Shown here: piece by piece, positions 29,163-39,137 of the stretch | Layout of the letters: every line of letters begins with the position of its first letter | Position numbering within the stretch: the stretch's first letter is position 1 | Origin: Promethearchaeota archaeon | GTDB lineage: Archaea; Asgardarchaeota; Lokiarchaeia; Sigyniarchaeales; SOKP01 | DNA: 44,145 nucleotides | Assembly (NCBI GenBank): GCA_019058245.1 | Contig: JAHPZJ010000001.1 | Coordinates: 1-44,145 of the forward strand | Direction: 5' to 3' | Position numbers and translations under genes: made by a program | Notes under the pieces: generated by a model | Seen by the model: only the letters and a program-made list of their open reading frames with translations | Databases searched by the model: none | Told to the model about the DNA's origin: nothing

Positions 29163-30599
29163 TTGATTTATCTCAAAAAAATAAAAAGAAAAAGATCTTC
29201 TATTATGGAAAACATAGAAAAAACCTTTGATGTGATCGTAATCGGAGCTGGTACAGGGGGTACTACAGCAGCAAGATTTACAGCTAAAAAAGGTTTAAAT
29301 GTATGTTTAATAGATAGAAAGAAAAAGGAAGATATAGGGAATAAAATATGTGGTGATGCAGTAGGGAATGAGATTTTTGACCTTCTAAAAATAGCCCATC
29401 CTAAAGATGAAGAACTTTCTTGTCATATAAAAGGAGCAAAATTATATTCCCCTGATCTTAAAAAATGTATAACCCTTCTCGATCCAAAACAAGCTGGTTA
29501 TATTGTAAATAGATTAGAATTTGGACAGAGATTATTGAATGAAGCTCTTGATGCTGGTGTAAAGCAATTTTTGGATAAAACTATGGTGTTAGATTTATTA
29601 TATTCCAATGGGACGGTAAATGGAGTCCAAGTTAAATTAGCAAATGGTGAAAAAGTTAACCTTAATGCTAAAATTGTCATTGATGCTAGTGGTTTTTATA
29701 CTCCTTTAAGAAAAAAAGTAAGAAGCACCTTAATTGAGAAAAATATTCAAAAAGAAGATAGTATTTTATGCTATCGTGAAATAGTAAAATTTTCACCATC
29801 AGATCTAGAAGTACAAGATCCTGAACATATTACAATTATTCTTGATCAAAAGAAAGCACCAGGGGGATATATCTGGTATTTTCCCAAAAATCAATCATCA
29901 GTCAACATAGGAATTGGTACTTTTATGGATTATAGAGGTAAAGTTAAAGATCTCTATAGATCTAATGTATATAATAAATTTATTAAAACATCTAAAGTTG
30001 AGATTCTCTCCTCTGGAGGCGGTGTAGTTCCAGTGAGAAGACCATTATGGTCATGTGCGGACAATGGATTTATGCTAATAGGAGATGCTGCTTGCCAAGT
30101 CAATCCACTTCATGGTGGTGGAATTGATCCATCCATGCGGGCGGGATATTATGCAGCTAATTCAGCACTTCAAGCTCTAGAAAATAATAATTATTCCATT
30201 AATCAATTATGGGATTATAATTATAAAGTAATGACAAGTTTTGGAGCAGAATTTGCTTCATTAGATTTATTAAGAATTGTTCTTCAATCACTTTCAAACG
30301 AAGCTCTCAATTTTGGATTAGGACGTGAGTTATTAAGTGGAGAAGAAATTTTAGAAATTTCTTCTAAAGGTGGATTAAATTTATCTTTAATAGATATGGC
30401 AGTTAAAGCTTTTAAGGGAATTTCGAATCCGAATTTACTATTGGATTTAAATTATCTTAGAATAAGAATGAATGAAATATCTAAACTTTATAAAAATTTC
30501 CCCAGAAATTTAAGTCAATTTTCCAATTGGAAAGAAAAAGCAATTGGAATTTATGAAAAAATTAAAACAATGTTTGTAGGTTCTAAAAAAATTAAATAA
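29163..30599 (+). CDS. Digeranylgeranylglycerophospholipid reductase (GGR); start probably at the internal Met (MENIEK)
   Basis: DVIVIGAGTGG, KICG, PGGYIWYFP, GDAACQVNPLHGGGI. Confidence 0.9.
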   Translation: MIYLKKIKRKRSSIMENIEKTFDVIVIGAGTGGTTAARFTAKKGLNVCLIDRKKKEDIGNKICGDAVGNEIFDLLKIAHPKDEELSCHIKGAKLYSPDLKKCITLLDPKQAGYIVNRLEFGQRLLNEALDAGVKQFLDKTMVLDLLYSNGTVNGVQVKLANGEKVNLNAKIVIDASGFYTPLRKKVRSTLIEKNIQKEDSILCYREIVKFSPSDLEVQDPEHITIILDQKKAPGGYIWYFPKNQSSVNIGIGTFMDYRGKVKDLYRSNVYNKFIKTSKVEILSSGGGVVPVRRPLWSCADNGFMLIGDAACQVNPLHGGGIDPSMRAGYYAANSALQALENNNYSINQLWDYNYKVMTSFGAEFASLDLLRIVLQSLSNEALNFGLGRELLSGEEILEISSKGGLNLSLIDMAVKAFKGISNPNLLLDLNYLRIRMNEISKLYKNFPRNLSQFSNWKEKAIGIYEKIKTMFVGSKKIK

Positions 30600-30600
30600 T

Positions 30601-31437
30601 TTGAAAAATGTGAAAGGTATGGTTGATATATTAATTGATGGGTGTATTGAAAGAAATACTTATGAATATTTAATAAAAAAAATTAATAGTGACGGATCTT
30701 TGCATTTTTCCTTGATAGATCCAGATCCATTAAGGCAAGGACCAAGTAAAGCAGCAAAAATGGCTAAATATGCTGAAGACGCTGGAACCGATGCTATTTT
30801 AATTGGAGGAAGTACTGTTTTTGATCAAAGTTTTGTTGATAAAACAATTCAAGCAATAAAAAGCAAAACTGAAGTACCTATTATTATTTTTCCTGGAGGT
30901 ATTAGTAATGTTTCTCAATATGCAGATGCTATTTTCTTTATGTCTTTATTGAACTCATCAGATCCTTATTCTATAGTGGGACAACAAGCGCTTGCTTCTT
31001 ATACAATTAGATCATTCAACCTAGAATATATTTCAATGGCATATTTAATAATAGAACCTGGAGGAAGTGCAGGATGGATTGGAAACGCGAAATTATTACC
31101 AAGAAATAAACCCAAATTAACAGCTGCTTATGCTTTAGCAGCAGAAATGTTTGGTTTTAAAATTGTTTATTTAGAGGCAGGTTCTGGAAGCGAAAAAATT
31201 CCATTAGATCATATAAAAACTTGTAAATCCATTTTAAATATTCCAATAATTACTGGGGGAGGCGTTGATAATAAAGAAGATGCTAAAAATTTTGTGGAAG
31301 CGGGAGCAGATATTATTGTAATGGGAACTTTCATTGAAAATCACATCCTTAAAGATAATGGTAACTCTTTAAAAGAAATAATTGATGAAATTAAAAATAC
31401 TGGTAAAACTCAGACTAAGAAATTTAATTTTAAATGA
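30601..31437 (+). CDS. Geranylgeranylglyceryl phosphate synthase (group II)
   Basis: LIDPD, IGGST, FPG, SLLNS, GWIG, YLEAGSG, GGG. Confidence 0.93.
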   Translation: MKNVKGMVDILIDGCIERNTYEYLIKKINSDGSLHFSLIDPDPLRQGPSKAAKMAKYAEDAGTDAILIGGSTVFDQSFVDKTIQAIKSKTEVPIIIFPGGISNVSQYADAIFFMSLLNSSDPYSIVGQQALASYTIRSFNLEYISMAYLIIEPGGSAGWIGNAKLLPRNKPKLTAAYALAAEMFGFKIVYLEAGSGSEKIPLDHIKTCKSILNIPIITGGGVDNKEDAKNFVEAGADIIVMGTFIENHILKDNGNSLKEIIDEIKNTGKTQTKKFNFK

Positions 31438-31450
31438 GATGTGAATTTTA

Positions 31451-32329
31451 ATGAATTTTAAAGATGCTATCGGGATTCTTCGACCAATTAATGATATAAT
31501 GGGAAGTTTAACGGTCATAATTGGAGTTTTGGTGACTAGACAAGGAATTGGATATGAAAAAATTATTATTAACATTATACTAGGTGTATTAACCTATTTT
31601 TTTATCGCTGGTTCTGGAATGATCATAAATGATATATATGATGTTGAGATTGATAAAATAAATAGACCAGAACGACCAATTCCTAGTGGTGCAATAACAT
31701 TACTTCAAGCAAAATACTTATTTGTAGGTGTTTTTATTTTAGGGATAATTCTTTCGATTATTCACAGTATTATTTTTAATTTACAATTTATAAATGTAAT
31801 TGTAGTAATATTTTTCGGTTTTATGGGATGGGTATATGCAAAATGGGGAAAAAAAAGTGGTTTTTTTGGTAATATTATTGTTAGTATTTCTTTTTCTATT
31901 GGTTTTATATATGGAGCAATTTTGAATAGCTCAATAATTCCTATATATATATATTTCTTCTTTCTAAATAGTATTTTTGGCTTACTATCTCGAGAAATTA
32001 TAAAGGGTTGCGAAGATATAGAGGGGGATAAAGAATTGGGAGTTAATACTTTAGCTATTAAATTAGGCTTAGAAAAAACTCCTTACATCTCTATGATTTG
32101 TGCATTTCTATCTATACTATTTTTTATACTTGCGGCATTCACAGATTTAATTAATCGCTTAGCTTTTTCAATTTCAATGATTTTTGGCATAGTTGTAGTA
32201 TTATATGCAGCATTATTAATGCCTAAAAAGAATTTAGAAAAAAAGGATTTCTCAAAAATTAGTTTATTATTAAAAATAGCCATGCTTTTAGGATTAATTG
32301 CAATTCTTTTAGCTAGTATTAGTTTTTAA
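31451..32329 (+). CDS. Digeranylgeranylglyceryl phosphate synthase (UbiA family)
   Basis: NDIYDVEIDKINRPERPIPSG, REIIKGCEDIEGD. Confidence 0.92.
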   Translation: MNFKDAIGILRPINDIMGSLTVIIGVLVTRQGIGYEKIIINIILGVLTYFFIAGSGMIINDIYDVEIDKINRPERPIPSGAITLLQAKYLFVGVFILGIILSIIHSIIFNLQFINVIVVIFFGFMGWVYAKWGKKSGFFGNIIVSISFSIGFIYGAILNSSIIPIYIYFFFLNSIFGLLSREIIKGCEDIEGDKELGVNTLAIKLGLEKTPYISMICAFLSILFFILAAFTDLINRLAFSISMIFGIVVVLYAALLMPKKNLEKKDFSKISLLLKIAMLLGLIAILLASISF

Positions 32330-33774
32330 ATATATCTATCTTTACTTTTTTTGAATTTATTTAAAAACAGAATTACTCCGTTAAAATCCTTACTACTTAT
32401 TAATTCTTTTAGTATTAATTTATCATTTGAATTCATACTAATAATCGGAAGTGTTTCTATCAAAGATCTAACTTGAGTTAATCCTAAATATTTTCTTGTA
32501 TATTCAGCATCAGAATATTTATAAGTTGTTAGAAATTCACTATCTAATTTTTTTCTGAATATTTCCAAAATAAAATTAAAGTAATTTTTCAATAAAATTT
32601 GATCCTCTATATTGATGGTTGGTTCCAAAAAGAGTTGAATTGGATGAGTTCTGTATGTATTTCCCGACACATAAATCCCATCAACTCCAAAATCCTCAGA
32701 GAGAATTCCTAATCCAACTCTCCCAATGTAAGAACCAGTATCAACAGTTCGAACACATAAAATATTAGATTCTACTTTATGTTTTAAAAAATCATTAATA
32801 TGAAGTATTTTCTTTTTATATTCATTGTTTTGATAATTATTCGCATCTATTACTATAATTTCATTATTCCCTTTATTTTCAATTACATCTGAATTTAATA
32901 GATAAAAATTTACCTTTAGGGGTATTTGAGTATGATATTCTTTGAGAAACTCATCAAATTCAGACCCAGCTCGAAATTTAAATTCTGGTTTAAGAATATA
33001 TCGTTTTTCGAATATAGTATTTTTCTTTTTAATTTTAATACCATCAAATTCTATACTTTCAACTTTTGGTTCTGCTTTCCTTTTAAAGAAACTAATACAG
33101 ATATTTGTGCCTGTAAATTCAAATATTTTTGTCTCAAATATGATCATTTTTTTTATTTTATAATATTCAAGAAAATCTTTCCGAAACTTATTTGAAACTG
33201 ATGCTCCAAATAAAAAGTTTGATGGAATGATGTAAATTAAATTCTCAATTTTATTTCTCAAATCATTTATCATTGCAATTTGGTATAAATCTTGATAGCC
33301 TTCATTTTTACCCTTAAATAATTCTAAGTATTTTTGAGTTTCTCTATGCTTTCTAATATATCCTAAATAGAGATAAGGTGGATTTGTTATATGGAACAAT
33401 GGAAAATGAGCACGTTTCATAAACTCTGGAAAATTTTCTAGATTATTTCTTAATTGAATGTTCAATTTAGCTAATTTTGAAGGTATTTTATATTTCTCAG
33501 CATTTCTAATGCACTTCTTTACCATCTCTGGTTGAATGTCAAATAAAAAAATATGTTCCGTAAAAAATTGAGTTCTCTTTTCAATTGGAATTGAATTTAA
33601 TATTGGCAAGATTAGATTTCCTTCTCCAGCATATAAATCAATCCATGAATGTTTCCAAAGTCTTGATTTTATTTCAGGAAATATGTATTTTACAAAGATA
33701 TCTCTTGATGTCAAATGAACACCTAAAGATCTCCGATGTTTAGTATTTTCCATTTTTTGGGTTTGATTTCCCAT
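32326..33774 (-). CDS. N6-adenine DNA methyltransferase-like protein
   Basis: LGVHLT, DLYAGEGNL, ITNPPY, DLY, IIPSNFL. Confidence 0.8.
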   Translation of the reverse strand: MGNQTQKMENTKHRRSLGVHLTSRDIFVKYIFPEIKSRLWKHSWIDLYAGEGNLILPILNSIPIEKRTQFFTEHIFLFDIQPEMVKKCIRNAEKYKIPSKLAKLNIQLRNNLENFPEFMKRAHFPLFHITNPPYLYLGYIRKHRETQKYLELFKGKNEGYQDLYQIAMINDLRNKIENLIYIIPSNFLFGASVSNKFRKDFLEYYKIKKMIIFETKIFEFTGTNICISFFKRKAEPKVESIEFDGIKIKKKNTIFEKRYILKPEFKFRAGSEFDEFLKEYHTQIPLKVNFYLLNSDVIENKGNNEIIVIDANNYQNNEYKKKILHINDFLKHKVESNILCVRTVDTGSYIGRVGLGILSEDFGVDGIYVSGNTYRTHPIQLFLEPTINIEDQILLKNYFNFILEIFRKKLDSEFLTTYKYSDAEYTRKYLGLTQVRSLIETLPIISMNSNDKLILKELISSKDFNGVILFLNKFKKSKDRYI

Positions 33775-33834
33775 TTTCAGTTGAACTTTCTTGTGTTTTT
33801 AGATGATTTAATGTAAAAAAAACAAAAAAAAGAA

Positions 33835-34896
33835 TTAATATAAATATTTAGATTTATATTTTTCAGCTTTATAGATTCTGTAGAAGTCCTCAATCGTACT
33901 TAAAGCAACTAAAGCAATTATCAAACCAGCAATTCCTCGAAAAATGCCATAATATTCAGGCGAAATTCCAATATTGACAAGAGTATTTGTGTCACCATCA
34001 ACAAATAAAATTGGGAATATTTCTGGTCGATTCATTATCAAAATTACCACAGATATGGATGCTAATTTTACACCAATTGTAATACCATGAAGAATTTGGT
34101 GCGTAACCATTTGTCTATTTCCAATTAAACCTCGATTTAAATCTAAGATACTTTCAATTAAGATAAATATACCTGCAAATTGAAGGTAAGTAAGAAATTC
34201 AGGGGCGATTAACACTCTTACTACGGGAATAGGTAATATTATTAAGAATATTCCACCTATAATTCCTATAAATCCACCAATTATTACTCCTACAGGTTTT
34301 ATATATGGCTTTAATGGTTTTTTCTTAATTTCTGAAATTAGAATTCCCTTTTCCCTTGCGATCTCAAGTTGTTGTTTTTCTTCCTCCCGGGTCTTCTTTG
34401 ATTTAAAATCTTCAGGAAAATACCCTTCCATCGATAATGCAACAAAGATTACGGTAATTATAGCAAAAGTTGAAAGGCATCCAATCTGTATTCCTTGAAA
34501 TATATTTACGAAGAATTCACCGATATCTACATTCCCAAAAATAATATCTATCACCTGTGAACCGATTGAAATTCCAATTATCACAGCAAAAACAATTCCT
34601 AACACTTTTAAATAACTTGACCATAGTTCCTCTGTGATATAATACTTTGGTGTACCTCGACGTTTGTATTCTTTAGCAATATTCTCTGGTTTTCCCATAT
34701 GAGATACTGCTAATTCTACAGATTGTAGTGTGGGTTGACCCATTCCTGATAATTCTTCCGCCTTACTCCAAATATGCTCTTCAAGTTCTTCTAGGATATC
34801 ATTATGTTCTTTTTTTTCTTTAAGCCAGTCAGGTAATTTTGATTTCACTTCCTTTAGATATTCTTTTACTATATAGTTCATTTCTTTTTCACTCAT
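33835..34896 (-). CDS. HAAS-domain membrane protein
   Basis: YLKEV..LP...DILEELEEHI...MGKPENIAKEY, followed by TM helices. Overlaps the PadR stop. Confidence 0.8.
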   Translation of the reverse strand: MSEKEMNYIVKEYLKEVKSKLPDWLKEKKEHNDILEELEEHIWSKAEELSGMGQPTLQSVELAVSHMGKPENIAKEYKRRGTPKYYITEELWSSYLKVLGIVFAVIIGISIGSQVIDIIFGNVDIGEFFVNIFQGIQIGCLSTFAIITVIFVALSMEGYFPEDFKSKKTREEEKQQLEIAREKGILISEIKKKPLKPYIKPVGVIIGGFIGIIGGIFLIILPIPVVRVLIAPEFLTYLQFAGIFILIESILDLNRGLIGNRQMVTHQILHGITIGVKLASISVVILIMNRPEIFPILFVDGDTNTLVNIGISPEYYGIFRGIAGLIIALVALSTIEDFYRIYKAEKYKSKYLY

Positions 34897-35446
34897 TTCT
34901 TAAACCTCTATCTTTTAATTCTTTTTCTATATTATGACCACATACATCACAAAAACGAAGTTCTAAATTAGTAAGTTCAATTTTGTTAGCACACATAGGG
35001 CAAAATAAATATTTCTCCGATTTTAAATCAACACTTACATCGAATAAAGGTGCAATAGCCTCTGTTAATTTACTGTAAAATCCAGCAAGGTGGTTAAAAA
35101 TCTTTTTCCCATACTCTGTAATACTATAGAATTTTCTTTTTCTTCCCGTTTCTTCTCTTCTTGATTTTATAATATTATCATCCTCTAATTTTCTCAAGAT
35201 GGGGTAAAGAGTACCTTCTTCAATTACTAACATCTCATTTGTTTTTTCTGTTAGATCTTTTAATATCTTATATCCATGCAACCCTTCATTTCCAGCTTGT
35301 GAAAGAATAGACAATATACAAAGTAAACTTATACCTCTATTTATCTCTGTCTCTTGTTTTTCAACGTAATCTCTAAAGTCTTTTGATGCAATCATTGCAT
35401 TTGGATCCAATTCTTTTACACGTTTTATCATATTTTTTGACTCCAT
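34889..35446 (-). CDS. PadR family regulator with C-terminal zinc ribbon
   Basis: HGYKI, EGTLYPILRKLE, RKFYSITEYG, FCPMC..FCDVCG. Confidence 0.92.
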   Translation of the reverse strand: MESKNMIKRVKELDPNAMIASKDFRDYVEKQETEINRGISLLCILSILSQAGNEGLHGYKILKDLTEKTNEMLVIEEGTLYPILRKLEDDNIIKSRREETGRKRKFYSITEYGKKIFNHLAGFYSKLTEAIAPLFDVSVDLKSEKYLFCPMCANKIELTNLELRFCDVCGHNIEKELKDRGLRNE

Positions 35447-35471
35447 GCGGTTTATTCCATTTTTTTATTAT

Positions 35472-35496
35472 ATATAGTATTTTATGAATACTATAT
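35472..35496. promoter_or_regulatory. Perfect 10-bp inverted repeat, candidate PadR operator
   Basis: ATATAGTATT-ttatg-AATACTATAT, between a minus-strand TTTATATA box (35506-35513) and the padR ATG. Confidence 0.6.
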
Positions 35497-35521
35497 CACT
35501 CATAGTATATAAATCTTTGTA

Positions 35522-37105
35522 TTGCAATTTTTGTATTATTTACAATTTACAGTTTCCAATAGCATTTTAAGAAAAGAAAAATTTAAGATCGTTAAAATGG
35601 TTATGAATACTCCTGTAATTATTGGAGCAGCTCAAATTACACAGCGAAAAGACGTGGATCTACCTCTTGATCCTCTCACTTTAATTGCAAATGCTACCAA
35701 AAAAGCAATTCTAATGTCAGGTGCGGATGGTTTACGAGATGTTATTGATACATTATATATGTCAACAATATCTAGTTGGAGTTATGAGGATGCTTCAGAA
35801 AAACTTAGTACTATTCTTGGAATAAAACTTATTCAGCAATATACAGCTCCAATTAGCGGGAATGCACCTCAATTATTAGTAAATAAATCTGCTAGAGCAA
35901 TTTCTTTAAATAAGAATAAGGCTATACTCATTGCAGGAGGGGAGGCATCCTATTCCAGATATCGAGCATATAAAGGTAAAATCATTTTAGATTGGCCAAA
36001 AATGCCAAGAAGAGCAATGAATAAAATTCTTGAAGCAGCAAATTTTTATACAAGTAAGTTTGAAATTAATTATCGATTTACTGCAGCTAGTTATGTTTAC
36101 GCTTTGATTGAAACAGCTCTAAGGGCAAAATCAGGTAGGAGCTTAAAAGAAAATTTAAACATCATTGGAAAACGGTATGAATCTTTTTCTAAAATCGCTT
36201 CTGAAAATCCGTATGCTTGGGACCAAAATCACTTTAATGCTGGAGAAATAATTACTCCTAATTCTGATAACCGTATTATCTGCCATCCATATACTAAAAG
36301 AATGGCTGCTAACCTTTATGTAGATCAAGCGGCAGCATTAATTATAACAAACGAAAAAATTGCTTCTAATCTTGGTATTGATCGAAAAAATTGGGTTTAT
36401 CCAATGGGAGGTGCTGATCTAAATAATATTTTTTATATAAGCCGACGTCCTAAGTTATACAATTCACCAGCTATTCGAGAATCATCAAAATTGGCTTTAA
36501 AGCAAGCAGGACTTAATCTTGGTGATATAGATGCTTTTGATCTCTATAGTTGCTTTCCTTGCATGGTTGAAATTGCTAGACAAGAGATTGGAATTCCTGA
36601 AGACGATCCGCGTGATTTAACAATTACTGGCGGACTCTCTTTTTTTGGAGGACCTTTCAGCAGTTACTCTATGCACTCAATTGTAACTGGAATTGAACTG
36701 ATTCGCAAAAACCCAAGTATGAAAATAATGATACTAGCTAATGGAGGATTCAACACATCAGAGTCAATTGGAATTTATGGGAGTGAACCTCCTGCTAAAA
36801 ATTGGACAAAACAAGTATCTAATGATGTTCAACAAAAAATTGAAATGGATATTTTGCCAGAACCGATCGAAAAAGCAAATGGAAATCTTACAATAGAAGC
36901 ATATACCATTATATATAATAGAAAAGGATTACCAGAATATGGTATTGTAATTGGATTGCTAGAGAGTGGGGAGCGAACTTTAGCTTTTATTTCAGAAGAT
37001 TCGGAGAAACTACTGAGTCTTGAGAAACAGGAACTTGTAGGAAAAACTTATGTAATAAAACATAACTCTAAGTTAAAGAGAAATATACTATTAATTGGTT
37101 CCTAA
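35522..37105 (+). CDS. Thiolase-like acetyl-CoA acetyltransferase family protein; start probably ATG near 35597-35603
   Basis: PVIIGAAQ, GNAPQ, GGEA, PYTKRM, VDQAAA, DLYSCFP, TITGGLSFFGGP. Confidence 0.85.
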   Translation: MQFLYYLQFTVSNSILRKEKFKIVKMVMNTPVIIGAAQITQRKDVDLPLDPLTLIANATKKAILMSGADGLRDVIDTLYMSTISSWSYEDASEKLSTILGIKLIQQYTAPISGNAPQLLVNKSARAISLNKNKAILIAGGEASYSRYRAYKGKIILDWPKMPRRAMNKILEAANFYTSKFEINYRFTAASYVYALIETALRAKSGRSLKENLNIIGKRYESFSKIASENPYAWDQNHFNAGEIITPNSDNRIICHPYTKRMAANLYVDQAAALIITNEKIASNLGIDRKNWVYPMGGADLNNIFYISRRPKLYNSPAIRESSKLALKQAGLNLGDIDAFDLYSCFPCMVEIARQEIGIPEDDPRDLTITGGLSFFGGPFSSYSMHSIVTGIELIRKNPSMKIMILANGGFNTSESIGIYGSEPPAKNWTKQVSNDVQQKIEMDILPEPIEKANGNLTIEAYTIIYNRKGLPEYGIVIGLLESGERTLAFISEDSEKLLSLEKQELVGKTYVIKHNSKLKRNILLIGS

Positions 37106-37354
37106 ACATTTCTATTTCATTTTAAAATACTTAATCTTTTGCCATTTTACAATTAAGATTTTTTTTTATTTTAAATACTAATTTTTATTAATGTTGTACT
37201 ATAAAGTATTAAAATCAGTGATATCAAAACAAATAAATAGCGGTAATTAAATTTTATATTTAAGGAGTCGTATTAAGAGTAATTTAAATTTAGTTTTTGT
37301 TAGAATAAATTATATATTTGTAAAAACCTATTAGATTAGTAAGAATGAAAAAAA

Positions 37355-38134
37355 ATGGGCCAAAAAAGAGTGTTTAAACAATATATTGATCCAATTTTGC
37401 TTAAAATGAAAAGAAACAGTAAGTACATCTATGATCAACTTACAAAACCTAAGGTTGTTAAAATTTCAATATATGTTAGTATATTAACTTTTTTGCCTGG
37501 ATTAATTTTTGGTCTAATCATTGCAATGCAATTTGGTGGTTTTAAGTATAGTATTTGGTATAACTGGATAAGTGATTTAGGTTCAGCGAGATATACACCT
37601 GCTCCTTTCATTTTGGATCTTACATGTATTCTAAGTGCAATTTTCATTATTCCCTTGATTTTAAATTTAAGCCGATTATATAGTTCCCATCAAAACCTTA
37701 AATTAGACGACACTAAGAAAGAACACTATATTGTGCTATTTAGAAGAATTTTCGGTTATTTAGGAGTAGTAAGTTTGATGATTGGAGTTATAGGCATGTT
37801 TTTTGTTGGAGTTTTTAGTTTAGATCGTTCTCCATTTGATTTACATTATTATTTCTCTTCATCTGCATTTGGTGGATTTGCTATTGGAGCATTTTTCACA
37901 GGCTTGGCAATAATATTAAGAAAAAGAATATTTCCTAAACCTGTTGGATACTTTATGATTTTTGGACCATCAACAGCAGCTATTCTATATATAATAGCTC
38001 CAGCACCATTAACACGACAATTTCTTGAATGGATTCTGATGTTCTCCTCTTTAGCATGGTATTATGTTGTAGTTTTCATTACACTACAAAAATTAAATTC
38101 ACTTCTCTTTTTCAATCCCAATTTTAAATGGTAG
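37355..38134 (+). CDS. DUF998-like membrane protein
   Basis: YSIWYNWISDLG, VGVFS, LH, LEW, about 6 TM segments. Confidence 0.75.
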   Translation: MGQKRVFKQYIDPILLKMKRNSKYIYDQLTKPKVVKISIYVSILTFLPGLIFGLIIAMQFGGFKYSIWYNWISDLGSARYTPAPFILDLTCILSAIFIIPLILNLSRLYSSHQNLKLDDTKKEHYIVLFRRIFGYLGVVSLMIGVIGMFFVGVFSLDRSPFDLHYYFSSSAFGGFAIGAFFTGLAIILRKRIFPKPVGYFMIFGPSTAAILYIIAPAPLTRQFLEWILMFSSLAWYYVVVFITLQKLNSLLFFNPNFKW

Positions 38135-38294
38135 AAAATTAGCTTTTTTTAAATATCCTTTTTTATCTGAAAGTATAAAATAATAAATTTTTGTTAATCA
38201 ATTTTTTAAAAATAATCAAAAACCTTATTTCTTTTCTTTTTTTTTAAGACTGTGAAGAAAAGGTCTAAATAAGATCATTATATAAATATCGAAA

Positions 38295-39125
38295 ATGAAT
38301 ATGGAATTATCAAACGATTTAAATCTTAAGCTTAAAGAACTTATATCTTTTCTAAGTGGAAAAAAGATTATTATAGCTTTTTCGGGAGGTGTAGATAGTT
38401 CCCTTTTAGCATTTTTATCAAAAAAATATGCTAAAGAAACACTGCTTATAACTGAAAAATCAATTCTTTATCCTGAAGAAGAAATTGAATTAACATCTCA
38501 ATTTGCCAATAAATATGATATAGACCATGTGTTTATCGAACGAAATCCTTTAAAAGACGAAGAATTCCAAATTAATCCCTCAAATAGATGTTATATTTGT
38601 AAAACAGGTCTTTATAGGGATATAATTGAAATTAGAAATTCGAAAGATTTTGATTTGATACTAGATGGTTCAAATATAGATGATCTTTCGGATTATAGAC
38701 CAGGTTTGCAGGCATTAAAAGAATTGAAAGTCTCCACGCCTTATATTGATTTTAATATAAATAAAAATGAAATAAGAGAAATTTGTAAATTCTATGATCT
38801 TGATGTGCAATCTAAGCCGTCAATGGCTTGTTTTTCATCTCGTATTCCTTATGGTCAAATTATCAATGAAAAGAAGTTATTTATGATTAGAGAATCTGAA
38901 AAATTTCTTAAGAAAAAATTTAATTTAACTCAACTAAGAGTTAGATTACATGAAGAGACTCTCGCACGTATCGAACTTCTCCCAGAAGATTTATCAAAAG
39001 TCCTAACTGTAGAAAATTTGGAATTAATTAAACGTAAATTAAAAGAACTTGGCTTTACATACATCACTATCGATATTGAGGGTTTTAGGTCAGGTTCAAT
39101 GAATGAAGTTTTAGCTTTAAATTAG
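38295..39125 (+). CDS. larE: ATP-dependent sulfur transferase, LarE family
   Basis: AFSGGVDS, RCYICK, DGSNIDD..DYRPG, ACFSSRIPYG, RVRLH, GFRSGSMN. Confidence 0.92.
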   Translation: MNMELSNDLNLKLKELISFLSGKKIIIAFSGGVDSSLLAFLSKKYAKETLLITEKSILYPEEEIELTSQFANKYDIDHVFIERNPLKDEEFQINPSNRCYICKTGLYRDIIEIRNSKDFDLILDGSNIDDLSDYRPGLQALKELKVSTPYIDFNINKNEIREICKFYDLDVQSKPSMACFSSRIPYGQIINEKKLFMIRESEKFLKKKFNLTQLRVRLHEETLARIELLPEDLSKVLTVENLELIKRKLKELGFTYITIDIEGFRSGSMNEVLALN

Positions 39126-39137
39126 TTTTCAATATTA

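Noticed and set aside
15063-37647. Short antisense or overlapping ORFs (15063, 18243, 19416, 24106, 25722, 26714, 29498, 31369, 32083, 32926, 32942, 37435)
   Set aside because: They are shadows of longer, better-supported genes on the opposite strand.
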